Both the position numbers and the translations under genes were made by a program. Of a DNA stretch of 64,000 bases, positions 53,176 to 64,000 are shown piece after piece. Location: assembly GCF_003918875.1 (NCBI RefSeq), contig NW_025767128.1, forward strand, positions 868,001-932,000, read 5' to 3'. Source of the stretch: Haliotis rubra. Its lineage: Eukaryota. The stretch's first letter is position 1; each line of letters opens with the position of its first letter. The notes beneath the pieces are model-generated. The model searched no databases and had not been told where the DNA came from. It saw nothing but the letters and a program-made list of their open reading frames with translations.

Positions 53176-55241
53176 CACATATAATGAGTGCTTAAGGTGA
53201 GTCTTAACTTTTGATGGGTGAGTATACATAACATTTTGAGGAAGTAACTTCTGTTACTCATTTCATTTATTTATGAACTATTTTATACATGCTTCGAAGT
53301 GTATTCAGTTCCATGCTTGATGTAATTTTCATCATTCTTTCACTCACCTGGTATTTTCATCTGTTTCTACATGTATGGAACAGCAGAGTCACACTCTGGA
53401 GAATCTACAAACTCATTGGCCTCAATGTGGTGCAGGTAGAATCTCCATAGGTAACACAACCTGAAACAATGTATAACATTCAGGGGCAGGTCTGAAAATG
53501 ATTAGCCTAACTGGCCAATAGAGTTATGCACATGAGAAAAAGATTTCGCAACACCTATGATTTTTAACCTTCCTTTGCTTATGTTAATGGTATTGAGACT
53601 GTAGAAATGTATAGATTGTTGCAATATTTGTTTCCATGTGTATACATTTTTCATTGACAAGAAATGGCAACTTAGTGACAATGTACAACTTCAAATATAT
53701 GGATCTACTAAACTAGAGGTGCCGCGAGCAATCCACTTGGTGTTTGGAAACTGTGCGCTATACGAGATGACTTTTTCATTATTATTAAACTGCCCACCAG
53801 AAAGCATTAACAAGGCCTAATATCAGGGATTGACTTGGGCCGCGATATCGCTTATCTCATGTAAGATTTTTTGTCTCATATCTTTTTCTGAGCCAGGTAT
53901 ATCCCCTGCCTATGCCGACCGCCTCCGTGGTGTAGTGGTTAGAGCGTCCGCCGGGAGAGCGGAAGGTCGTGGGTTCGATCCCCGACCGCGTCATACCAAA
54001 GACGTTAAAATATGGTACTTGTTGGTCACTGCCTGGCGCTCGGCATTAATGGGTACAACAAGGGACTGGTCGGCTCGGAAGTCAGTATAATGTGTTTGAG
54101 TGGGGTATTCATGCTTCACTGCGGTATGGTATCTCAGTGGGCTAGCACTATAAAACCAGCTTAAGTCTGGGCTGAGTACAAGCAGCCACACATACACATA
54201 CACGCCTGCACGTCGTCATATGGGCGAGAAATATTCTCAAGCACGACGTAAAACCCAATTTCACCTCACCTCACCTGCCTATGCCAAACCATATATGTTT
54301 CTGTTTCTTCCTTGACTAATGCTTGCAATTTCCACCAATATTCCCACTTATTTGAGAGTGATATGTAAATAGATCACACAATCCAGTGATTAGCATCATG
54401 AGAATTGATCTTCACAATGAGCTGAATTGGTCATCTCATTACAAGAAAACATGGGTTGCTGAAGACCACTTCTAACTGGGATCTTCATAGGGTTCTGTTG
54501 CAGAGCTAGCATATGGATTGACTACCTGGCTAACAGCTAATATCCTTCTTTGCGAAAATGGAAAGTCAATGGTCAGAAACAATACACAGAACATGAACAA
54601 GAGAAAAGAATGACACTCTTCAAGGTGATGCCTTACTTACTTTCCTTTGACTAATATGGAGACTTTATCCCGATTTGTGTAATTCCCTCCACTGCGTATA
54701 TGCTACCTTTCGGTACCGTCATCATGGTACCAAGTTTACATATCAGAGCAAACTCTTGCCTCGACATTTTTGAGGCCGGAACAGTTTTGAATATATGTCT
54801 TCCATTTTGATCATGCATTTTCACAGGGGAAATTCCACATAGGTCAAATAGCCAATATGTCCAAGGTTCACTGCCACAAATATGGCATTCCATACAAGAA
54901 TATCCAGCATGCACACAAACAACCTGCCCAGAGGAGGAGAAGAACACACGATCCCACAAGGGAGGAAGACATCGGAGGAAGAACACATGATACTGGAAGC
55001 TGCTTGGGAGTCAGGAATGAGATGGCCATGCACAGATTGGCCAACTGGAATGCTGTGTGTTGGGCGTCTTCCCATGTGTAGCACTTCCCCAAACGGACTC
55101 TGATGGTCCTTCACAACAATTCAGCTAGTTGTGTCAGTCAGGTTCAAGAAGGGGTCACGGTGGTTTTGATTGATGAAGAGTTCAATGTTGTGTCATTAAC
55201 TGGCCCATAGGAGTTGATAGCTCTGTCGTTGAGTTGGACAT
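48862..55241 (-). CDS. Popeye domain-containing protein (BVES/POPDC family, cAMP-binding); contains indels as given
   Basis: Exons ~55241-54641, 53460-53348, 50685-50405, 48947-48862. CYTWEDAQHTAFQLANLC (TM1), CMLDILVWNAIFVAVNLGHIGYL, YAVEGIT, LHHIEANEFVDSPE, YQ|VTI, FHYILGKDISHKLY, C-terminal ETSV. Several single-base frameshifts are needed. Confidence 0.85.
49158..49395. mobile_element. hAT-like MITE
   Basis: TIR ca(c)gggtggaaataa / ttatttccacccctg, with aggtg duplicated on the flanks. Confidence 0.65.
50158..50360 (+). mobile_element. Short interspersed repeat family 2 copy
   Basis: gacccgtgaagatctgggttagaa...gctgaaatattgctgagtgcggtgttaaac(aaac)n, homologous to 13924-14181. Confidence 0.75.
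51914..53125 (+). mobile_element. Tc1/mariner transposon, internally deleted, in a POPDC intron
   Basis: TIRs tactgaaagccattaaaagcgcaatt / aattgcattttttaatggctttcagta. IARHFNVHPSTVRRLRQR and WPDVIFSDESRFNL are present; the C-terminal D..E region is missing. Confidence 0.88.
53124..53174. repeat. (TA)n microsatellite at the Tc1 target site
   Basis: About 25 TA units directly after the right TIR. Confidence 0.95.
53917..54273 (+). mobile_element. tRNA-derived SINE (Meta-like), full length
   Basis: Same family as 27242-27605. 12-bp TSD cctgcctatgcc (53905-53916 / 54274-54285). Confidence 0.9.
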
Positions 55242-56880
55242 TGTTGTAGTTATATTGTTCCTGTATATCTCCACCTCATTTGGATCAATCTGAAAAAAAG
55301 AATAAAAACATATTTTTGTGATTTGAGTGAAGGCATTATCTGAAAAAGTTAGCCAGTGAGCATTGTTAACAACCCATCAGCAATTTTTGCAACTATTGGC
55401 AGGTGCTATATTTTTTTTGAATTTAAATCTGATGTGCTTGTAAGACTATACACATTTTGGCATAAACATCTTATTTTCTAGGGCGGTGGGAGTAGACCTA
55501 GTGAAGTTAAAGCGTTCGATCATGCACCCACAAATTCCTTTAAATGACTTGCTATTGATATTGCTGGAATAGCGACGTAAAGGCTAAACTCACTCACTCA
55601 CTCTTATTTGCCAACTCATAAAACCACATAACATCATCAAATAATCCTGAAGAAAAAAAATGCTGAAGAAAAGATTCCCACGGTCACCACCCATTTGTGG
55701 CAGAACTTCCAATTGTGAGACTCCCCAGTTATGAGACGGTGGAGGGAGGTAATTAACAAAGAAAACAGACCATACTCCCCTGTCTGAATTAGAGATGGAT
55801 TAACCCTAGCTATTTACTGATTTGCTATGTAAACGGAATGCTTTTGGAGTATTAGCTTAATGAAACTTTATAAGATAAGATTAAATTTAACATACTCGGG
55901 TAAATGTCCTTAAAAGTAAATGCTTTTGTGTAGGTAGCTTCATGATCATTTGAAGAGAAACTAATTTACCTACTCAGATTTTGCTCCAGATACTCTGAAA
56001 GTACCACTATAGTGGAGACGAGATTGACCAGGCCCACAACAGGGGCATTTGTAGCTGGGGCAGTTCGACTAATTTTATGAGATATATATTATCAAAATCG
56101 GTAAGAGATTTCACATGAGGCTTGAAAATGTTTCTCTGACTTGATACTTTATTAATGAGAACCCCAAGTTCTAATTGTTTTCAACAAAATAATTCCAGTT
56201 TAATTTTTTGGAAGCAGGTAATTTTTTATTTCCCTCGTCTGAAGCATGAAATTACGTTTTGTTTTTAAATCCCAGGCACCCTACAGTCACCCATTTCACA
56301 CAAAATGAACTGTAATCCACACTTTTTACCGGAAACATATTAGTGACTGGTCATATATATTTATAGGGAGGTGTGTTTGCTGGCTGGAACTGTAGTCATC
56401 ACATTGCTGACAAATAAATAATCTTGTTAATGATATGGTCTATTTTAAAATTTATTTTTACCTCAAGAGGGTGCCTCCGTTTCGCTTGATTCTTCTTCTT
56501 CATATTCAGTGGAAGATTGTCTTGCAAGATGTAAAAATCGGATCGTATTTGATACGGTCTAACATCCATTTCAGAAATGACATCAGGAACATCTTTTACT
56601 GCTTCAGAATCCACGGACACTGTTAAGTTGTGAGGTAAAATCAAATAGGGAAGCCATCAGCAACAGGCACTTATGACGTCATGTCACGTGATACCCCTCT
56701 GCTCATTAACTGTCAGGTGATGTTTCCGTAATAGGCGGAAATACGAAATTGCGTTTTGTTTTATTGCTATTTTACAAACGTTTTGTTCAAATTTAATCAC
56801 AGAATGTGACTTTTAGAATATCCTTTACAATATATCAAAGTGTTGTTTTCGTTCGTATTCTCCTTTAGAAATAACTCTGA

Positions 56881-59800
56881 AATAGGAACAATTACATGTA
56901 TTGTTAGTAATTGTTAGTAAACTTACCTCTGGATTATGGTAAGCCTTATTCCTGTGGATTCACAGGAGATACATACAGAAAATCAAAGACATTTTAACAC
57001 TAAGTCATAGCTATTCCTAATGGTATGCCTAATCTACCCTGAGTTATCTCCTTGATCCACTGACGTCCTTGTATTTGTCTCCTAGAACCCTTCATAATTT
57101 TTTTCTGAAAAACAACACATCAATGACATCTTCTAAGGATAAATTCATGGAGGACACAGGGTGGAACTACTCCCATAATCCAGAGGAGTAAGTTTACTAA
57201 CAAAACCTACATGTAATTGTTCCTAATTATAACGTAAAATTGATTCCTCTGGATTACGGTAGCCTGAATCCCAAGTAAGGAAGGAGGGTTACCCCTGGAA
57301 GATACTACCCTCTATACCACTAACTGAAGGGTCGATTACTCAACCTCCTAAGAATAACTATTGGCTTAGTCAGAGATAAATAATTTATCTCAGTTTGGTC
57401 AGTAGCAGTGAGGGAATACATTCCCAGAGATGGAGAGTCTTCTAACTTCCTATAGTTATGGTTGATATGATAGATACCATGATTATCCCTAATCCATTAT
57501 TAGTAGAGATTATATAATTCCTAACTCCTAAATCCGGATTATGCTTGCAGTTCCTATGAATATAATATGATTCTATTCGAGATCACGAATTGTGTCATTA
57601 AACCTAATATTCCTTAAACTTATGACGTCACTTCCGGTAATTATGACGTCACTTCCTGTTGATGACTTCACCTCCGGTTAACTATCATTGGACTATAATT
57701 GTGTTCAACTCAACCTTAGGTAACCACCTTGAGCTCATAATCATATTCTAACGTGAAGCCATGACCATAGCTCCAGAAGTTAGAACTCTGTCCATATTAT
57801 TATTGCTCGGTTAGGTGATATATATATCTAAATGTAAATTCTCTTACCATGTCAACTTGTCTTGCTACATGCTGGCCCTTGACCAGTATCCATCCATCAT
57901 CCTTCCGAGTGGACCCTCAGACAGTCCCAGGCACCATCTCTCACTGCGTCATCCTTCCTAAAAGATGTAGATCGCAGGTCAACACACTTGGACTTGGGTT
58001 GACTGATCAGGTTGTGCCACAACGGAAGACAACGTAGAGGTTTGTCCACCAATAGTTGCAGTAGGGTGGGAAACCAAGGTCTGGCAAGGCCACGCTGGTG
58101 CCACTAGATAAACTAGACAGTCGTGTTGTTGAATTTTTAAACAGAACCTCTGGAATTAGTTTGAACGGAAGAAACGCATAGGCTATCATCCTCCATGATA
58201 TGGATAGAGGTGTCGACTGCCCATGCCAATGGATCCGGTACTGGACTCACAAACGTTGGTATCCGAAAATTCCTGGAAGTCGCAAATAAATCTATGTTGG
58301 GGGATTTCCCCGCTTCTGTGTGCTATCAAATCGAAATGCCTCTTCCATTCGGTCAAGATCACTCTGTCCTGTTGAGATAATGAATCAGTAGAATATTCTT
58401 CCGACCTGGAATGTGCGCTCTGATTAAACAATTTATAGCGTCCACTGCGATACAGATCCTGAGTGATCCCGAAGGCTGTTGAGATTTGGTACCTCCCTGT
58501 TTGTTCATGTATGCCACTACCGTAGAATTGTCTGACACTAACATGAGACTCTTCCCGTACAAAGCAATTCCCAAACAGCGAATCTCTTTCAACAGTGCTA
58601 ACATCTACCGACAGTCTATATGCAGATTCACCTCTGACAGATTCCACACACCCTTGAGTTTGCCAAATGTCCATGTTGCACCCCAACCCGTGTTCGAGGC
58701 ATCCGAATAAAGTGTCAGATCCAGTAAACGAGGACGTAATGAAACTCCTGGCAAAACATTCACGTCCACCGTCCACCATAATATCTCCCTTCGGACATCT
58801 ATGAACAAACTGATGCAGTTGGCGTCTGTAACATATTGGTTATCTTGGTTGATATTTCCACCCAACGATCCTAGAGAAGTATAAATACAGCCTGCTCTTG
58901 GGTCCAAGATTGCTCCCAGAAACTTGATTCTCCAAGAACGGACCAGTTCTGACTTGGTAGGATGAACTATTGGACCAGATGTGTAAACATGTGGATTATA
59001 AAGTTGTTGTTTTACATGAGAACCGCTGTCACCACATTCCTAGCCAAGAAATCGTCCAGATAGCTGTGTATCGCAATCCTTCGTTGATGAAGAAAAGACA
59101 GAATCGGGAGAGTTATTTTCGTGAACAACCACGGCGCTAGAGATATCCCGAATGGCAGCATCCTGAACTGAAAACCTGCGACCGTTCACCTCAAATCTTA
59201 GGTATTTGCGAGATCTTGGATGAAGAGGGATATGAAGATATGCATCCTTTAGATAAAGGATACTTATAAACTTGGAATCCTGATGAATCAAGGTGCGTAG
59301 GTTTGCAATTGATTCCATCCTGAACTTTGGCGGTTTCCTCAAAATGGCGATTTCAACACTTTCAAGTCTATTATCATGCGCATTTCGTCCGAATCTTTCT
59401 TGTGGACTAGGAATACCGGTGAATAAAACCTGCATGTCTGATCCCCTGGAGGAAGTTCTATGATTGCCGTTTCTCGAGTAGCTGATGTATTGCTAAGTTT
59501 TTCCCCGCCAAACGCTGGCCTTGAAGACAAAACCGACGACCCTCAAGTCACTGGAGGCTGCTTGTGCCACGGAAGAATAAACCCCTGCTCACTACAGACA
59601 GGACCCACTCGTCTGATGTTATTAGCTTCCAATTGTCTAAGTATTGGGCTAATCTGCCCTTACTGGAGATTGTGTCACCGGACATACAAATTCAAATCCA
59701 ATATCATTTCGAGGGACGTTTCCAATTCGTAAGGGAAGAGAACGCTGAACTGTGAGACGTGAGTCAATATTTCTTGGAAGTTGATCTTGATCCACGAAAG

Positions 59801-60360
59801 ATCTACCTCTACCCTAGGTGAGGATGAGCCTCTAGTAACAGCCACATTTTGTAGGAGCGCGCTCTTGAATCTGAAGCCCGATCAAAGGCAGATCTCTGAA
59901 AAGAAGTTCTGACTACGACTTGATGAAGATGGAGCAGAACGAAACACTGGAACCTCTTCAGATCTAGTGTCAGCCCTTCCTCTATTTTGGAATAAAGAGC
60001 CGATGCCAAACGTTGATTCAAGTTCCTCGACGTCAAGGCATCTCTAGCTTCAATAGCCTGTTGACATTGTCCATTAAAGGTGTTATCCGATTCCAAAGGG
60101 CTGGTGCAATAGAAAATCCTTGAAACATCCGGTAAATTCCTCACTGAATCTAGCCGCTGTATCCGCTCAACAGCTGTAAGTCGTCCCAATATATTCACTT
60201 GAGTCGCCATCGCATCGGCTAAGGGACTGATACACTACATCCAGAAAGGAATGCGCTAACGCCACCTCTTGAGCAGTCATGGAAATCAAAGTGTCTTTCT
60301 TAACTCCAGTATAATCTTGAAACACCGGTGTGGCTCCCGGGGACGAAAGGACGCCTGAGG
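56881..60360 (-). mobile_element. DIRS-type (tyrosine-recombinase class) retrotransposon, 5'-truncated and degraded
   Basis: RT (FYSPVFLVHKK..RMIIDLK, LKDAYLHIP, YLDDFL), RNase H (LYSDASNTGWGA, SDNSTVVAYMNKQGGTKS, HIPGRKN), MT-like DLFA...AYAFLPF region, gag-like ORF 59809-60210. Inverted terminal and internal complementary segments at 56881-57270. Confidence 0.85.
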
Positions 60361-63300
60361 GAAAATTCCTTGCATGATAAGTGTTTTGTAATATTTCCGA
60401 GTCAGTCTTACTAGATTTAGGGTCAATCTTTTAGAAAATGGAAAGATGTTACAATCAATTTGTCAGATGACCAGAAATATTTCGCTGTTCTGTATATTCT
60501 GTGAATGAGTCACAATTTAAACATTGACTGAATCTTATGTACACCCTACTCAAATCTATTTAGTATTTATGTTCAGGAATTTTAATTTCTAAAATATATA
60601 TTTTAAAAGTCAATGTTTGAAGTGTGGTAGGGAGCTGAGTCATCGTCTTATTCTAAAGAAAGTTTTTCGTATTCGAATTGTCATCCTTCTACTTCCACTT
60701 GTAATCCCAGTAGTATTAGTATTCACATTGTCGCTGCAGTTCAAGATCATGCCTGAGCTGTATCGGATTGTGAACACCTTTGAGCCTGTGCTTGTTTGGT
60801 CTGATGGAGATTAGGAGGCTCCAGACACCTACTAGGGATCCAGGGAGTTTCTGACCTGGCTCTACAATGACAGGTTTGTGTCAATAAGTTCTGTATGGTG
60901 TAAAATTAGATTGGCCCATTGTATATAACCTCTGGACAAATATGCTCTTACATAATGATCATTATGTTCTTATTTTTCGGAAGCATTCACTCCGCTTGCT
61001 AAACGTGATTCATGGATTCGTCACACGGTCCACTCACCATTCACAACAATCATATACCCACTACAAGATTCATGCACTTCTTAGGAGATTCAGATACTTG
61101 TTACTAAACTGACATATATATAAGTCTGAGACTTTCTTAATATGTTGCCAAAACACCACAGATATCGTGCCCAATTGCGGGTACTGCCAGTCAACATCAC
61201 AACACACCCAAAACACCAGATGTGTACTTTCTTTTGTACGTCAGTTTATATTCCTTTGTGTATTCCTATATTTATTGAAGATTCATTTTCGCTAATCATT
61301 CCCAAGCTCATGGTCAGCATTGACAATCTTCAGCAAAGGTTGGAAGGATATATAAGCACAACGTCAATGGACAAGAGTTAAATGTCCTACAATACCTAAG
61401 TGTTGAAATCTCAAAATGAAGTCAGTATACATTCCAGCCAAATCAAAGGAAAAAGTGGTGACCAATGACCGGTGGGGGTATAGGGGTGTAGCTGTTACCA
61501 CACTTGTGGAGACGGACCTACAATCCTGGTACGTGAACAAATGTATTTTCAAATTTGTAATAAATGTTATCGTATAAAAGAAAGGTTTGTATGTGAGTTG
61601 CTCAAAGCAAAGTGGGACATATACTGGCTATACGATCGTGGTCTGTGCATAACCAAGTCTAGACCAAACGATCCACTAAGCTGGCAGCTTGAGGCTTTGA
61701 CGCTGCAGTTGGCATATGATGACGCTACCAACCAAGTAGGCATTGCTGAAGACCATTTCTAACCTGCATCTTCTAAGGGCTAAACAATCCAGAATTGTTG
61801 TTTGTGTTGGTCCTCATTAAATCAATCACAAAATGCAGAAATCCAGCTAAAAGAATCATAAACATTTTGAAGAATGTCGTGAAGCTATTTTATTTATTGT
61901 GATTTAGCATCACGTCCCTCACCCGGCCAAAGCAGCACCCAGTTCAAGAATCAAATCGAATTTCAGACAAAAGAAACCAGTTATACCATTGTCCTGACTG
62001 CAAGCCACGAAGTCTACACCTCTCTCCTCGTTGTGTACAGATGATATATGTATTCTGTATTTGACTCTTCGAGGCCTCGTTCTGGGTGAATGCCATGACG
62101 ATAGAACCAAAGAAGTCATGGGGCTTCCGACGTAATGCTTCCTTGTGAGACTACCTGACCATAGAGGAGCTCATCGAGACTCTATCTAGAACCAAATCAG
62201 GTACACCAATTTCCACACCAGTAATGGGTTGCTTACATGTATATTGCATCCTTCTTATCTACTGTCTGAGGAATAGTTTTGTATCAACCACTGTCATCAG
62301 GTTGATGACGATTCTACAAACGACTCTCACTTGAAAATGTTCTGGACACCACTACCTTGAAGAGATCCTACAAACCATTTGTTACACAATTCTTGTTCGC
62401 TCTCTTCCATGAGAGATATGAGCAGTCAGCTTTATACATGTGGTAATATTTCAATACATGATGTATACAAGCGGTTGTGTCATTAACCGTCCATACTGTT
62501 CACCATCAAAATAACCTAAATTGGTCCAGTGATGATCATCGTCTCCTCTGTTGTAACGGCAACCTATCATGAACGTTGGACCCACTGCCTATAAGTGTAA
62601 TCAGCCCCATCTTTGAAGAGGAGGCTGAAGCAGATGGAGTGAAAGTGGCTCAAGGTGAATGGTGAAGGTATCTATGAAACAAGGACCTTGGACCTACCAG
62701 GAATGAAACTGTGATACCAGAAATATGGTAAGAAAGCGTTTGTTGTAAAGCGATGTCTATTCAATTCCCATTTGGACTTGCACTCTAGTTCTAGCCTTTG
62801 TTCAGGTGTGCCATTGAATTTAAGTGAGTACTCTCAGGTTTCGCAAACTGTATAATTACTGAGTGATATTACGGACATTATCCCGTTTATATGTTTAGTT
62901 TATGCGCTTCCAGCCTACAGATGCTGAGCTACTATCAGACATGTTCTTTCTACGAAGATTTCAATGAATGTCATAAAACTCTTGCTCCAAAATGTATATC
63001 ATTTCAAGCCCTAAGTCAAACTTTCAAAATGTTCAATGATAGGCGTGTGGAGGACATTTCTGAAATTGCAATGAATATAATTTAATATCAATTTAATATC
63101 AATGTTGAACCATGTTCAGGTACACCTCTCAGGACAAATGGACAAAGAAAAAGACATCTATGCAACCGTCATGAGCTGGCCCAACGTAGGGACCTTCAAG
63201 CTGACACGCCCTACCCTAATGCCAGCTCTGGTGGTCCAGTCTACTGGGCTACTCTGGAACATTCAGCTACACAAAGCTGCAGGTCAAGGGGCATCAACAT

Positions 63301-63382
63301 CAACATTCCGGCCATTCCAGCAAACGCTATATGCCGTGCAAAGTGGGCATGGGTGTTCAAGATTACCAATGTTCAAAACTAA
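60361..63382 (+). pseudogene. FUCA: Alpha-L-fucosidase A-type partial copy (A3): intron 3 to exon 8
   Basis: Collinear with A2 from ~29634 onward. Two TGG-to-TAG stops in exon 4 (60740-60873), deletions in exons 5/6, a lost exon-7 acceptor and many indels. The 3' flank matches 32700-33320 up to the window end. Confidence 0.88.
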
Positions 63383-64000
63383 GGCCTCATGAAGAAGTTT
63401 CATGCTTGGAGAGACTTAACATAAGTTACCTAGTACACGTTTGTTTGTTTTATCCTGTGATTTTGTTCTTTTCTCTGAAAAGAGGTCTTATGGTGAATTA
63501 ACATATTGTATAAATACCCTTCGTTTCAACAAAGGAACGTCTGTCTTTGCAATAAATGATATATGTAACCTAATGTTAGCGATCTTTTCTTCATTCTTTA
63601 CATAAACTGTTAGAGGCTAGCGGAATCATTGTTTTAACTGTGATTCAAGAGCTTCTCTTTAGTGCCAAAAGTGAAGACGGAGATACAAACGTTAAATTTC
63701 AGTATGCTACCATGGTTGGGTAATTCAGAATGAGGAAGGACAATTGCACTGATGTACATGAATACCCCAATGATATATAGTTTCCATGTCGGTACCTTTG
63801 TGCGATTCTGCAAGGAGACTAATGAATTCTCTAGACGTAATTCCTAGGGAGAGAAGACCACATCTCTAAAACTGCTTTCCCCAAACACTGAGCTGAGTTC
63901 AGTCGATGCCATCTCTGAAGTTCTCTTTTCAGGATGTACCAAATATTTTCAGTTAATTTAAAGGCCTGGCTGTGCCATGCTATAAAGAATATTTATCACG

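Noticed and set aside
53917-53990. tRNA genes (also ~7480-7551, 27530-27605, 38420-38490, 45508-45575)
   Set aside because: The A/B boxes are SINE heads followed by SINE bodies or TSDs, and no complete acceptor stem is present
56300-56870. Kolobok-like MITE end (tattctccttta)
   Set aside because: Matching left terminus and TTAA duplication not found

Overview
Eukaryotic, AT-rich, intron-containing animal DNA. It is most likely a mollusc, and the SINE repertoire suggests a gastropod such as abalone (inference). The core is a tandem cluster of GH29 alpha-L-fucosidase genes arranged A1-B1-A2-B2, a roughly 20-kb segmental duplication. All four genes have eight exons, intact GT-AG junctions and open frames. 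A 5'-truncated fifth copy (A3) lies at the right end. A Popeye-domain gene (BVES/POPDC family) lies on the minus strand at about 48.9-55.3 kb. Mobile DNA is dense: a Harbinger element split by a nested L2 plus two R4/Dong-like LINEs, two Tc1/mariner elements, a DIRS-type retroelement, a terminal Polinton/Maverick-like fragment, piggyBac-, hAT- and Crypton-like non-autonomous elements, and four SINE families. The most notable observations are: substitutions in conserved active-site motifs of apparently intact fucosidases (KHHEG to KHCEG/KHHGG/KHCGG, KWE to KWV); mosaic exon ancestry among paralogs; a shared 'ghost exon' module upstream of each gene; a minisatellite built from a splice donor; an intronic Polinton-like fragment with unknown ORFs; and a minimal hammerhead-ribozyme variant upstream of B1. 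Sequence beyond about 50 kb looks indel-noisy, so frameshifts there may be assembly errors.
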